From: Candidatus Bipolaricaulota bacterium
GTDB taxonomy: Bacteria; Bipolaricaulota; Bipolaricaulia; RBG-16-55-9; DRXL01
Assembly: GCA_030550495.1 (NCBI GenBank)
Contig: JAUQPG010000001.1
Span: 44,512-108,511 of the forward strand
Direction of reading: 5' to 3'
DNA length: 64,000 nt
The notes beneath the pieces are model-generated. The model saw only the letters and a program-made list of their open reading frames with translations. It did no database searches and was not told where the DNA came from. The position numbers and the translations under genes were made by a program. Each line of letters opens with the position of its first letter. Within the stretch, counting starts at the first letter, position 1. This document shows, piece after piece, positions 18,755 to 28,796 of the stretch.

Positions 18755-20041
18755 ATGTGCTCTCGTACGCGGGTGCTGATTATTACTCTTGTCTTAGGCG
18801 CGCTTAGTACGGTGTCAGCAGGGGTAGCTCAACAGAGCGGGGTCTTACAGATAGTCTTTCGCGTCCCTGATGGTAGCCCAATTCGCTCTTCGCCCGTGAT
18901 AGATCTTGCGAAGAACGCCATCTATTTTGGTGCCGACGATGGGAATCTCTATGCGATTCCCTTAATCAGTTCTGAGCAACCTCGGCGGCCCAAGTGGGTC
19001 TTCTCGCCCAACCCAGACCCAACTCAGCGTCGCCCTATGCGCGTAGCTCCGGTCATTGACGAGGCGCGCAACAGAATCTATATCGGGGCCGACGACGGCA
19101 AACTCTACGCTGTGGACCGAGACACAGGGCAGCTCGTTGAGGGATTTAGGCCTGCTACGGACGAGGGCAAGCGTCCAGCTCCTATCCGAGTCGTCCCAGC
19201 CCTGGATCAACCTCGAGGGAGGCTCTATGTGGGGGCTGATGACCAACAAGTGCAAGATATCAATCTTGTCACGAACGAATTAGCACAGACGTTTAATAGG
19301 GCCAAAGGGGCTATCCGTGCTGCGCCGATAGTCGATTTCGTCAAGACTGCTGTCTATTTTGGTGCCGATGACGGTAGATTCTATGCGATCTCTCGCGAAG
19401 ACTTCAGTGAGCAGCAAGATATATTTAAACCCATAGCGATCGGCAGTCCAATCCGTGGCTCGCCGCTCTTGGATATCCTTGGCACCGAAGGTGCAGCTAT
19501 CTACTTTGGCGCAGACAACGGGGTCTTCTACGCGATCGATCGCGCTGGAAGCGATATCTATAAGTTTGAGACCTTTGGGCCGGTCCGCACCAAAGCTGCT
19601 GTCGATCCCATCAAGAATGCAGTCTACTTCGTCTCCGATGACGGGAGGCTCTACGCGCTCTTCCGCAGCGACGAGAAAGATAGTAAGGGCCAGCCCATCA
19701 AGGGCCGAGAGCGCGGCAAACAGAAGTTCGCTATCACCATTGTGACCGATAACAATCCCAACCCCTTCGATGGCGACCTGCCGCGCTCGTCGCCGGTTGT
19801 TGATCGCCGCTTAGGAGCCACTGGAACAGGGACCATCATTGTTGGGTCTGTGGACGGCAGACTCTATGGGATTAATCCAGACAGCGGGCGCGCTCAATTT
19901 ATTCTTGCCGTGCCGGGCGCTGGCACCGATCCCCGCGCAGCAATCCGTACTACTCCGGCACTCTACGTTAGCGGCCCAAGTTCGTCTATAGAGATCTATC
20001 TCGGTGCAGACGATGGTGGGCTTTACGTCGCGCGCCGGTAG
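18755..20041 (+). CDS. Secreted PQQ-like / BamB-like beta-propeller repeat protein
   Basis: RBS AAGGAGG at 18743-18749 and a signal peptide. Eight repeats of hydrophobic-YFGADDGxLYAID type (IYFGADDGNLYAI, IYIGADDGKLYAVDRDTGQ, VYFGADDGRFYAIS, …). Confidence 0.6.
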   Translation: MCSRTRVLIITLVLGALSTVSAGVAQQSGVLQIVFRVPDGSPIRSSPVIDLAKNAIYFGADDGNLYAIPLISSEQPRRPKWVFSPNPDPTQRRPMRVAPVIDEARNRIYIGADDGKLYAVDRDTGQLVEGFRPATDEGKRPAPIRVVPALDQPRGRLYVGADDQQVQDINLVTNELAQTFNRAKGAIRAAPIVDFVKTAVYFGADDGRFYAISREDFSEQQDIFKPIAIGSPIRGSPLLDILGTEGAAIYFGADNGVFYAIDRAGSDIYKFETFGPVRTKAAVDPIKNAVYFVSDDGRLYALFRSDEKDSKGQPIKGRERGKQKFAITIVTDNNPNPFDGDLPRSSPVVDRRLGATGTGTIIVGSVDGRLYGINPDSGRAQFILAVPGAGTDPRAAIRTTPALYVSGPSSSIEIYLGADDGGLYVARR

Positions 20042-20117
20042 GGGATTAGATTATGGAAGTCTGAACTGCTACAATAGTTTGGGCAAAAAAAGCTCAGCAC
20101 ATAAGGAGGTGGCACGC

Positions 20118-23100
20118 ATGGGCCGCTGGATCAGGTGCACGCGAGCAAGCTCGATGCGGCGGAGTTTAGGGATTGTTTTGATCGTTGCCTTTGCTGTGTT
20201 GATATGGGGATCGGGTCGACTGATGGTGTGGAGCCAAGCGGGTGGCCCTGCGTTGCCAGAGCTGCATCCCATTAGCTTGGTGCTGAGCCCCGCTTCCCCT
20301 GTCGATAAGGGCGCCTCTGTCCTTGCGCGCGCCAAGATCGTCAACACAGGAGGAAGCCCCGCCCCGCGCTTCACTGTTGAATTTTTCTATCGACTCAAGA
20401 GCGATCCCACTCGCCCTTGGGTGAGCTTCCCCGACGGCAAGGGGCTTGTCATAGTATCCCAAGGGCTCAGCCCCCGTGACCAGGCCATTACGGTCGAAGG
20501 AATACTAGACACCTCGAAGGCCGAAATCGAGCCGGGAAACTATGAGATCAAGGTCTTAGTCGATTCCACCAATCAGATCTCTGAAGAAGATGAGACCAAT
20601 AACGAATTGATAGTGGGCTTACAGATCCGCCCGTCACGGTTGAACAAGCCTGATCTCCTTCCCATCGCGCTCACGTTCGACCCGGCATCACCCTTGGATA
20701 TTAACGGCAGGACAACAGTGACGGTGACGATTCGCAACGGCGGCCCTGTGGATGCCAGCGCGTTTGAAGTACAATATCTCTTCTGTAAGCTCCTTGCACC
20801 GCGCAGCACATGTCCACCAGATCAGATGGCTGAATTTGCCCGCGTGGCTCTTCTTGAAGGATTGAAAGCTGGCGAGGAACGCTCTGAAAAAGCCGAGTTC
20901 CCTAATCCCCAGAATCCAACCCTGGCCCAGCTTGAGCCCGGGACCTATCTCATCCAAGTGCGAGTTGACCCTCCACGCAAAGAGCAGCCTAACGGGGCTG
21001 TCGAAGAGCAGGATGAGGCGAACAATGCGTTGACGGCCTATCTCATGGTCAAAGGGCCAGAGCTCTATCCGGAAGGCCTCGTGCTCATGCCCACACCGGT
21101 CCGCGCCGGCGACGAAGTTCTCATCACAGTGCAGATTGCGAACGTAGGCGACGCCCCGGCAAGCAATGTCATGGCTGCGTTTGTGATAGACGGGCGGCGC
21201 TTCGCCACCACGACGGTATCAGAGATCGCCGCTAGGGCTGTTACAGGGGAGCCGGGACGTCAGGTTGCGCAAGTAGGCCTCAAGACCGGAGAACTTTCTT
21301 TGCAGCCGGGAGTCCATGAGCTGCAAGTCGTCGTCGACCCCGATAATCGCGTTAGTGAGCTCGATGAGACTAATAATATCTTGGCCACGGCACTCACTAT
21401 CCAGCCTCCTTTGCCCAGTTTGCCAGAGCTGACCCCCAAGAGCTTGTTTGTGACTCCAGCATCGCCTATCGAGCAGGGGAAAGGCACAGTTACAGCAGAG
21501 ATCCTCAACAACGGGACAAAGATCGCCGAGGGGTTCGATGTCGAATTCTCCGTGCGTGAAACTGGACGCCTGCGCTGGAATCCCATCCCGTGTACGGCCA
21601 ACTGCATTACTAATAAACTCAACCCCAACGCCGAGTTAACGGCGCAAGCCCAATTGCCTGCGCTTGCCCCAGGAACCTACGAAGTCCGCGTCCTGGTCGA
21701 TCCTCAAGGGCGCGTCGCAGAATTGGACGAGACCAACAACGAGATGATCATCAGTTTTCGCGTGATCCGGCCGCGTCGCCCTGACTTAGCCATCGTTCAG
21801 TTAGCATTTGATCCAGCGTCGCTCACCGCGTACCCAGGGCAACCTGTGCGAGCGCTCTTTATCGTGGAGAACCTTGGGGATGCCCAGGCTCCTGCCTCCC
21901 TTGCCCACTGCACCTATCGTCGGCTGGAAGACTTTGCAGCTCAGCCAACACTCTTTGCTCAGGTCTCCGTACCAGCTCTCGGGCCTGGGGAACGCTTCAG
22001 CGCCGAATGCCGCGCTGAGATAGTCCGGCCCGGTTTCTATGAGCTGACCGTGATTCTCGATCCCACCAACGCTGTGGACGAACAGAACGAGGGCAACAAT
22101 ATTGCCACAAGCGGCACAGGCATCCCAGGCCAACCGAGCCCGCAAGGGCAAGCGTTGCTCATCGTCGGGCCGGATCTCGTGCCGGATCGCGCTACGCTGA
22201 AGGTCAAGCGCCCTGGTGTCCCTGAGGCCCTAGTGCCCAGCCTTGAGGTCACTCAAGGGGAAGTGCTCGCCCTTGAAGTGACCGTCAGAAACACTGGGCA
22301 AGTCGCGGCCGGAGGCTTCGACGTAGCTTTCTGTATCCGAGAGTACTTCTCCCAGCAGCCGTGCGCAGAGATCGGGACACGATCTCGAACGACGGGTTTA
22401 GGGCTGACTGACGAATTTATCGCGAAGACGCAAGTGAGCACAGAGTCCTTCGCACCGGGAGTCTACGAGATCGGGGTTATTGTCGATCCGCCGACGCCCG
22501 AGCAACCCTTCGGACGCGTCGAAGAAGTCAGTGAACAGAACAATTACATTGGAGGGCCTCGCGCTGCCCGCGGCTTCCAACTAGTAATCGTAGGGAAGCC
22601 AGATCTGACCTTCCGTGAACCGTTGGTCTTCCAGCCCAGCGGGCCTGTGCCCATCGGCACGCTCTTAGGGGTCTTCGCCGATATTCAGAACATTGGGGCG
22701 GGTCGGACAACCCGCGACTTCAAAGCTGAATTCGCCTTCCGCCGAGTCGACGACCCCGCTCACCCCAACCCCGAGTTTACGGTCTTCGGCACGGCGATCA
22801 TCACAGACCTTGAGGTCGGGCGGGAGAAGGCCAAGCAGGTCAAAGCCGAGCTGGATACAAGCAATCTCGTGCCAGGGCTCTACGAGATCCGCGTCATGAT
22901 CGATCCCGAGAACGTGATCCCGGAGCTGAATGAGACCAATAACGTGCAGACGGCGCGAATAGCTATCGGCGGAGCTGTCGGGCTGGTCGACCTGGCGGTG
23001 CTCAGCTTGACCCTTACTCCCAATCAGCCGGTGGTATCGCGCGGGCAGATTGTGCGGTTCTCCGCCGTGATCGCTAACTGGGGTGCTGCAGCTTCGGGGC

Positions 23101-23342
23101 CGTTCTCCGTAGAATTTAGCTATCGCAATCTGCTCGGCTCCTCAGGAACCGATCCGGTCTTCAGTCGCCAGACCGTGACAAACCTAGAGGGCGGTGCCCG
23201 GACAACCATCGTGGCGCAGCTCAATACGGTCTCGCTTAGCCCAGGAACATACGAGATCGCGGTGACGGTAGACCCGGAGAATCGCATATCTGAACCTGAT
23301 GAGACCAACAATCGTCTGGTGATCTTCCTCACAGTGAACTGA
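20118..23342 (+). CDS. Large (~1075 aa) secreted protein made of ~10 tandem CARDB-like domains
   Basis: TGcTACAAT at 20067-20075 and RBS AAGGAGG. N-terminal TM/signal segment. Each ~100-aa unit ends in (D/E)ETNN, e.g. …VLVDSTNQISEEDETNNELIVGL…, …VVVDPDNRVSELDETNNILATAL…. Confidence 0.65.
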   Translation: MGRWIRCTRASSMRRSLGIVLIVAFAVLIWGSGRLMVWSQAGGPALPELHPISLVLSPASPVDKGASVLARAKIVNTGGSPAPRFTVEFFYRLKSDPTRPWVSFPDGKGLVIVSQGLSPRDQAITVEGILDTSKAEIEPGNYEIKVLVDSTNQISEEDETNNELIVGLQIRPSRLNKPDLLPIALTFDPASPLDINGRTTVTVTIRNGGPVDASAFEVQYLFCKLLAPRSTCPPDQMAEFARVALLEGLKAGEERSEKAEFPNPQNPTLAQLEPGTYLIQVRVDPPRKEQPNGAVEEQDEANNALTAYLMVKGPELYPEGLVLMPTPVRAGDEVLITVQIANVGDAPASNVMAAFVIDGRRFATTTVSEIAARAVTGEPGRQVAQVGLKTGELSLQPGVHELQVVVDPDNRVSELDETNNILATALTIQPPLPSLPELTPKSLFVTPASPIEQGKGTVTAEILNNGTKIAEGFDVEFSVRETGRLRWNPIPCTANCITNKLNPNAELTAQAQLPALAPGTYEVRVLVDPQGRVAELDETNNEMIISFRVIRPRRPDLAIVQLAFDPASLTAYPGQPVRALFIVENLGDAQAPASLAHCTYRRLEDFAAQPTLFAQVSVPALGPGERFSAECRAEIVRPGFYELTVILDPTNAVDEQNEGNNIATSGTGIPGQPSPQGQALLIVGPDLVPDRATLKVKRPGVPEALVPSLEVTQGEVLALEVTVRNTGQVAAGGFDVAFCIREYFSQQPCAEIGTRSRTTGLGLTDEFIAKTQVSTESFAPGVYEIGVIVDPPTPEQPFGRVEEVSEQNNYIGGPRAARGFQLVIVGKPDLTFREPLVFQPSGPVPIGTLLGVFADIQNIGAGRTTRDFKAEFAFRRVDDPAHPNPEFTVFGTAIITDLEVGREKAKQVKAELDTSNLVPGLYEIRVMIDPENVIPELNETNNVQTARIAIGGAVGLVDLAVLSLTLTPNQPVVSRGQIVRFSAVIANWGAAASGPFSVEFSYRNLLGSSGTDPVFSRQTVTNLEGGARTTIVAQLNTVSLSPGTYEIAVTVDPENRISEPDETNNRLVIFLTVN

Positions 23343-23378
23343 ATGGACAAGCGCAACACAATAGAGTAAGATGAGAAT

Positions 23379-23485
23379 GGGCCTTAACCCGGTGATCGAA
23401 CCGCGTCCCCAGAGGCTGCTTTGGGAGACCCCGCCCAGGCCCTGAGGATGCATCAGCCTGTGGTTAAGGCCCTTTCTCTTTTATA
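23379..23485 (+). terminator. Long stem (GGGCCTTAACC…72 nt…GGTTAAGGCCC) followed by CTTTCTCTTTTAT
   Basis: Perfect 11-bp inverted repeat 23379-23389 / 23462-23472, then a T-rich tract, directly 3' of the CARDB gene stop. Confidence 0.35.
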
Positions 23486-23707
23486 GACGAGCGCGTGAGC
23501 TGCTCTTCGTGACGGTGTTCACAATATAAATGCTGCGCGAGCTGACGCTCTTGGCTTGTGTTAAGGGCGATAGCAGGGCTTTGGCCGGCATGGCGAGGAC
23601 ACTCGTCCCATCCCACCAAGACAAATCCCCGCAGAGGCCTCGACAGCAGTCCTTCAGAAGCCTCTTCCCATCGCGTATAACAGGGGGCGCTCAGGGGAGG
23701 TGCGCAC

Positions 23708-24862
23708 GTGGGCACGTCACGGCTGGTCATAGTAGTTCTCGCCCTCTCTCTGCTGGGCGTGGTTATGGTCGCCAGTGCGAGCCTGCCCATCGCGGCTCTT
23801 CGCTACGAGCAGCCCTCGTATCTTTTGGTCAAGCATCTCATCGCCCTTGCTCTTGGGCTCATCGCTCTCTGGGTCTGCTCCAGAATAGATTATCACGTCT
23901 TCTTCAGAATAGATCATATACTCTTGCTGACGGCCTTGGGGTTGGCTGCCCTGACGCTCATTCCCGGCTTGAGCGTGCGCGGGAGCTGGCTGCGCCTCCC
24001 TGGGCCCTTCCAGCTCCAGCCTACAGAGTTCTTAAAATTCGCTCTGATTATCTCGTTCGCGGCGTTCTCCGTGCGTAAAGGGGAGCACATTCAAGAATTC
24101 TCCGACGGGGTCTTGCCCGTACTCATTTCGACGACATGTGCAGCCCTCATAGCGCTCAAACAATCCGACTTCGCTATGGCGCTGATCTTTCTGCTCATAG
24201 CCTTGTGTATGCTGTTTATTGGGGGGGCACGGCTGACCCATCTCGGCGGGGTCGTCTTAGCTGCTATGCCCACTTTGGCTCTGTTGCTGATCACTGCGCC
24301 CTATCGCTTCGGCCGACTCTTAGCATTCTTAGACCCGTTTAAATACAGCACGACTGAGGGCTATCAGCTCATTCAGTCGCTCACCGCCCTTGGGTCTGGA
24401 GGGATCTTCGGGCGCGGCCTAGGCGAGAGTCGAGCCAAGCTATTTTTTCTCCCAGAACCGTATAACGATTTCATCTTTGCGATCATTGGGGAAGAACTGG
24501 GTTTGCTCGGTGGGCTCCTCGTCGTCGGGCTCTTCGCGTATCTCCTATACGTCGGCTATAGCATTGCATGCCGAGCACCAGATCGGTTTGGGATGCTACT
24601 CGCTGCGGGGATAACGTTCACGATCGCGGCTCAAGCCGCGATCAACGTAGGAGTCGCTACCGGGATATTGCCTGTGACGGGCTTGACGCTGCCGTTCATT
24701 AGCTATGGCGGCTCGTCGCTCATCGTTTCGTCGGCGATGACCGGAACTCTGCTGAACATTGCGCAAAGGGGCTCCCATGAAGACGTTTCTCGTCTGTGGG
24801 GGCGGGACAGGAGGGCATCTCTATCCCGCTCTCGCCACGATAGAAGGGTTACGGCGCACTGA
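23708..24862 (+). CDS. ftsW: SEDS-family peptidoglycan glycosyltransferase FtsW
   Basis: 10-TMS FtsW/RodA pattern (…PTEFLKFALIISFAAF…, …GSGGIFGRGLGES…PEPYNDFIFAIIGEELG…). The 3' end overlaps murG by ~86 nt. Confidence 0.8.
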   Translation: MGTSRLVIVVLALSLLGVVMVASASLPIAALRYEQPSYLLVKHLIALALGLIALWVCSRIDYHVFFRIDHILLLTALGLAALTLIPGLSVRGSWLRLPGPFQLQPTEFLKFALIISFAAFSVRKGEHIQEFSDGVLPVLISTTCAALIALKQSDFAMALIFLLIALCMLFIGGARLTHLGGVVLAAMPTLALLLITAPYRFGRLLAFLDPFKYSTTEGYQLIQSLTALGSGGIFGRGLGESRAKLFFLPEPYNDFIFAIIGEELGLLGGLLVVGLFAYLLYVGYSIACRAPDRFGMLLAAGITFTIAAQAAINVGVATGILPVTGLTLPFISYGGSSLIVSSAMTGTLLNIAQRGSHEDVSRLWGRDRRASLSRSRHDRRVTAH

Positions 24863-25904
24863 GCCACGCGCTCGCCTCGTTTATGTAGGCAGCCGCTACG
24901 GACTCGAGACGCGAGTCCTGCCGCGATACCCGTGGATTGAATTTTATAAGCTCCCTATTCGTGGGATTGCTCGGCCGGGCCAGCGCCCCTTGTGGGCCCT
25001 CTGGGCGCTCCTCGCGATAGCACAGCTCCCGGCCGCGCTCGCTCAAGCCCTCTTCATTATCGCAACAGTGCGTCCTACGGCAATCATCGGTTTTGGAGGC
25101 TACGGGGCCTTTGCTCCGCTCGTGTGGGGAGTTCTCTTCAGAATCCCGATCTTTCTCCATGAGCAGAATCTCATTCCCGGGATGGTGACACGACTCTTTG
25201 CCCCCTGGGCAAGAAAAGTCTTTCTCACCTACCCCCAAACGGCCTGCTATCTCCGGGCACGGCACGTCATCGTGACCGGACTGCCCGTCCGCCCAGAGAT
25301 CCTTTCAGCTCGCCCTGATCATAGCCAGTTCGGATTGTACCCTGAGAGAAAGACCGTGCTGGTCTTTGGAGGCAGCAGAGGATCACAGATTCTTACAGAC
25401 GTTGCGCTCGCAGCACACCAGTATCTAAGTGACGTTCAGTTTTTGATTGTCTCACCCTCTTTCCCCTTGACGAGGAAGAGCGAGAGGGTAGTTCTCGTCC
25501 CATATATTCACGAGATGGGCACAGCTTTAGCAACAGCCGACGTCGTCATCTGTCGCGCTGGCGCTGCGACGTTAGCAGAACTCGTTGCTGTGGGTAAGCC
25601 CGCTATAGTTATCCCTTGGCCAGGCGCTGCGAACGATCATCAGACAATGAATGCTAAGGCTTACGCCCATCTTGGAGCTTTTTCTATAGTCCCAGAGTCT
25701 GAGCTCACCCCCCAACGGCTCGTGGAGGAGATCCAAAAAGCCCTCACCCAAAGCCGTGCCCCCCATATCAGAGGCCAGGGTGAGGGAGCGCTAAACTCTA
25801 TCTTATGCGAGGTGCTTTCCGATGCGACCAAAGAGCACGATACAGCTCCACTTTCTTGGGATCGGCGGCGACGGTATGAGTGGGTTGGCCAAAGTCTATT
25901 CTGA
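24777..25904 (+). CDS. murG: Lipid II GlcNAc transferase MurG (C-terminal ~25 aa encoded by or extended through a repeat copy)
   Basis: MKTFLVCGGGTGGHLYPALA…; GT28 C-terminal domain (…ICRAGAATLAEL…). Tail …ALTQSRAPHIRGQGEGA… is encoded by repeat copy (f). Confidence 0.85.
   Translation: MKTFLVCGGGTGGHLYPALATIEGLRRTEPRARLVYVGSRYGLETRVLPRYPWIEFYKLPIRGIARPGQRPLWALWALLAIAQLPAALAQALFIIATVRPTAIIGFGGYGAFAPLVWGVLFRIPIFLHEQNLIPGMVTRLFAPWARKVFLTYPQTACYLRARHVIVTGLPVRPEILSARPDHSQFGLYPERKTVLVFGGSRGSQILTDVALAAHQYLSDVQFLIVSPSFPLTRKSERVVLVPYIHEMGTALATADVVICRAGAATLAELVAVGKPAIVIPWPGAANDHQTMNAKAYAHLGAFSIVPESELTPQRLVEEIQKALTQSRAPHIRGQGEGALNSILCEVLSDATKEHDTAPLSWDRRRRYEWVGQSLF
25740..25787. repeat. Repeat copy (f), short variant: GCCCTCACCC-28 nt-GGGTGAGGGa, at the murG/murC junction
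   Basis: 9/10-bp outer inverted repeat read from sequence. Translated in-frame as the MurG tail; MurC ATG 25822 follows. Confidence 0.45.
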
Positions 25905-27216
25905 GCTGGGATGGCGCGTCACCGGCTGCAATATCGAAGAGAACCGACGCACCCAGCAGCTCCGCACTTTGGGTATCCCTATCACAATCGGGCACGATCG
26001 CGCCCATCTCCAAAGTGCTACCCATCTCATCGTCTCCTCAGCCATCCCTTCAGATAATATTGAGCTGCTCGAAGCCCAGCGTCTTGGGTTGCCCATTCTC
26101 CATCGGCTCGATCTGCTCAATGAGCTTACAAAAAGTCGGTACACCATCGGGGTAGCCGGCACCCACGGCAAGACCACGACTACAGCAATGATCACGACAC
26201 TCCTCGAGCGTGCCTGGCTCGACCCGACGTTTGTGATTGGTGCAGCCTCCCCTACCTTGGGCACCCATGCTCGTCTGGGGTTAGGACGATATCTTGTCGC
26301 CGAAGTCTGCGAGAGCGATGGACGCTTCGTGCAGATTCGCCCTAACATCGCTGTGATCACCAATATCGGGCGGGATCATCTCAATTTCTACGGGAGCGAA
26401 GCAGCACTCTTAGAGAGCTTCACGCGCTTTGCCCGTCAGAGCGAGCTGTGCATTGCATGTGCCGATGACCCTGGGGCATGCCGTGCCGTCATTGAGCGTA
26501 TTCCTACAGCGCTCACCTATAGCATCGAGCGCCCCGCAGACTTAGTCGCCCACGATATAGCGTTCTCTCAATTCCATACGACATTTGAGATCTCCTGGCG
26601 CGGACGCCGCGTAGGGAGAGTTGAACTTCTTTATGCCCCTGGTATCCATAACGTCTATAATGCCCTCGCCGCCCTGTTAGTCGGCCATACCCTAGGGCTT
26701 CCGTTCGCCGACATGGCGGCACACCTGAGAGATTTCCGGCTTCCGGAAAGACGCTTCCAAGTCCTGGTCAATAACGGCATCACGATTGTTGACGATTACG
26801 CCCACTTGCCCGAACAGATCCAACGTAACCTCCAAGCGATCCGGCACAGCTGGCATCCGCCCCGGATCGTCGCGCTCTTCCAGCCCCATCGCTTCACACG
26901 CACGTATTATCTGGGGCAAGAATTCAGCACCGCGTTCGATCTCGCTGATACCGTAGTTCTCACCGACATCTACCCGGCATTTGAGCCTCCCATTCCTGGG
27001 GTAGATGTGGGAATGATTGTCGAGGCGCTGCGGCGCCGTCACAAAGACGTTACGTATGTGCCTCGTGGGGAAGATTTCGCCCTTCGGGTGCAGAAGCTCT
27101 TACGTCCTGGGGACTTTGTCATCGGCTTTGGCGCGGGTGATCTTGGGGAAGAGCTCTCTCGTCTGGCCCAAGTCTGGAACGAACAGAAAGGGGAAGACCA
27201 TGGGAAAGCTCGCTAG
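25822..27216 (+). CDS. murC: UDP-N-acetylmuramate--L-alanine ligase
   Basis: …IQLHFLGIGGDGMSGLA…GVAGTHGKTTTTAMI… and Mur-ligase C-terminal domains. Confidence 0.85.
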   Translation: MRPKSTIQLHFLGIGGDGMSGLAKVYSELGWRVTGCNIEENRRTQQLRTLGIPITIGHDRAHLQSATHLIVSSAIPSDNIELLEAQRLGLPILHRLDLLNELTKSRYTIGVAGTHGKTTTTAMITTLLERAWLDPTFVIGAASPTLGTHARLGLGRYLVAEVCESDGRFVQIRPNIAVITNIGRDHLNFYGSEAALLESFTRFARQSELCIACADDPGACRAVIERIPTALTYSIERPADLVAHDIAFSQFHTTFEISWRGRRVGRVELLYAPGIHNVYNALAALLVGHTLGLPFADMAAHLRDFRLPERRFQVLVNNGITIVDDYAHLPEQIQRNLQAIRHSWHPPRIVALFQPHRFTRTYYLGQEFSTAFDLADTVVLTDIYPAFEPPIPGVDVGMIVEALRRRHKDVTYVPRGEDFALRVQKLLRPGDFVIGFGAGDLGEELSRLAQVWNEQKGEDHGKAR

Positions 27217-28111
27217 AGCACTCCAAAGCCGACTGCGTGGCGTTGTCAAAACCCAAGAGCCCTTAGCGCGACACACGTCGCTGCGCATTGGCGGTCCAGC
27301 AGATTATTTTGTCATCCCCGCTTGCATAGAAGATATCTTAGAAACGCTAGAGTTCACCCGTGAGCACGGCTTACCATGGATAGCTTTAGGGAACGGCACG
27401 AATGTGCTCTTCCTCGATGAGGGCTACCGAGGGGTGATTATCAAGCTTGGGCCAAGACTTGGGCATATAGAGACCCTTCAGAACACCGTGCGCGCCCAAG
27501 CAGGAGCCAGCTTAGCGGCTCTCATCTCCCATGTCCGTTCCCTAGGGTTACGCGACCTCGACTTTCTCGTGGGAATCCCCGGAAGCGTCGGAGGAGCTCT
27601 TGTGATGAACGCGGGCATCCCCGAAGGGACTATCTCCGACGTGGTCACCCAGGTAGGGGCATTGACTTTTGCCGGAAAATTCATTACGCTTAAGAGTGAC
27701 GAATGTCGGTTCGGCTACCGGTCGAGCCGGTTCCAGCAGGAACGACTCATTGTGATAGAGGGAGAATTTGCCTTGGGAAGAGGGAAATCGTGGGATGGTG
27801 AAGAGTTACTCAGGCGGCGCAAGGAGCGCCAGCCCCTGGGGATGCCCAGCCCAGGCTGCGTCTTTCGTAACCCGGTAGGGGTAGGAGCTACGGCAGGCCA
27901 GCTCATCGACCAAGCGGGACTGAAGGGCTACCGGGTGGGAGGAGCGCGAATATCCCCAAAGCATGCGAACTTTATCGTCAATGAAGGGGGGGCGACCAGC
28001 CGCGACGTCCTCCAGCTAATTGACATCACCCGGTCAGTTGTGCTTAAATACTGGGGGGTGGAGTTGAAGCTGGAGCTCGCCGTCGTCGGAACGTGCGGCG
28101 TGCAGTATTAA
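27200..28111 (+). CDS. murB: UDP-N-acetylenolpyruvoylglucosamine reductase
   Basis: …EPLARHTSLRIGGPADYFV…ALGNGTNVLFLDEGYRGVII…; ATG 27200 overlaps the murC stop. Confidence 0.85.
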   Translation: MGKLARALQSRLRGVVKTQEPLARHTSLRIGGPADYFVIPACIEDILETLEFTREHGLPWIALGNGTNVLFLDEGYRGVIIKLGPRLGHIETLQNTVRAQAGASLAALISHVRSLGLRDLDFLVGIPGSVGGALVMNAGIPEGTISDVVTQVGALTFAGKFITLKSDECRFGYRSSRFQQERLIVIEGEFALGRGKSWDGEELLRRRKERQPLGMPSPGCVFRNPVGVGATAGQLIDQAGLKGYRVGGARISPKHANFIVNEGGATSRDVLQLIDITRSVVLKYWGVELKLELAVVGTCGVQY

Positions 28112-28779
28112 TATTTATAATAGCGATCATCGGGCTTGTGCCCGTACTGCCGTGGCACAAGTACCTAGCCATACGAGAGATCACCGTCAAGGGTGGTGAG
28201 AGGATTCAAGCCGAGACGGTCTTCCAGAGCCTGCCCATTACCGTGGGGATGAGTTGGCTGACGGCCGATACCCAGGCCGCCAGAGAAGCCCTCTTGCGCC
28301 TCCCTGACGTCCGTGATGCTCGAGTTACCAAGAGATTATGGGGGCAGATAGAGATTCTCTTACAAGAGCGAGAGCCGTTGGCCCTAGCTCGCTTAGGTCA
28401 CAAGCTCTTCTGGGTCGACACCGAGGGGGTCCTCTATGCCGAGGCTCAGGGGGGCTTCGGCCCGATCCTCGTCGAACCTCAGACCGTCGAGACCGAGCGC
28501 GGCCGTCGCCTCGCCGAGCTCTTTTATCTCGTCCCGTTGAGAGCTCTGATGACCAGCCCTGGACATCTGCTCAACTCTATTACAACAATCCGATTCGAAG
28601 GGAGCACCATGATTCTGTCGTTGCGAGATGGCCCGGATGTCTTCTTATCCATCTATGATGTCCGGTGGGAATTGGCAAAACTTCGGCGGGTCCTCAGCGC
28701 CCTAGCAGGGCGCCACCCGCATCGGATCGATCTGCGATTTGAGCGCGCTGTAATTCTTCAAGAGCAAGCTCGTCCGTGA
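28093..28779 (+). CDS. ftsQ: Cell division protein FtsQ/DivIB (TM segment plus POTRA)
   Basis: N-terminal TM (VLIFIIAIIGLVPVLPW) then POTRA-like IREITVKGGERIQAETVFQSLP. Position between murB and ftsA fits. Confidence 0.65.
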   Translation: MRRAVLIFIIAIIGLVPVLPWHKYLAIREITVKGGERIQAETVFQSLPITVGMSWLTADTQAAREALLRLPDVRDARVTKRLWGQIEILLQEREPLALARLGHKLFWVDTEGVLYAEAQGGFGPILVEPQTVETERGRRLAELFYLVPLRALMTSPGHLLNSITTIRFEGSTMILSLRDGPDVFLSIYDVRWELAKLRRVLSALAGRHPHRIDLRFERAVILQEQARP

Positions 28780-28796
28780 GGGATGGTGATGAGGGA

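Noticed and set aside
23530-24078. 182-aa + strand ORF overlapping the ftsW start in another frame
   Set aside because: Arg/Ser-rich composition with no motif, and FtsW in the other frame is strongly supported; treated as a frame artefact.
24759-24862. ftsW 3' extension overlapping murG by ~86 nt (possible frameshift or fusion)
   Set aside because: It could be a genuine C-terminal tail or a sequencing indel. There is no repeat element here and no way to decide from sequence alone, so it is noted but not reported as a finding.
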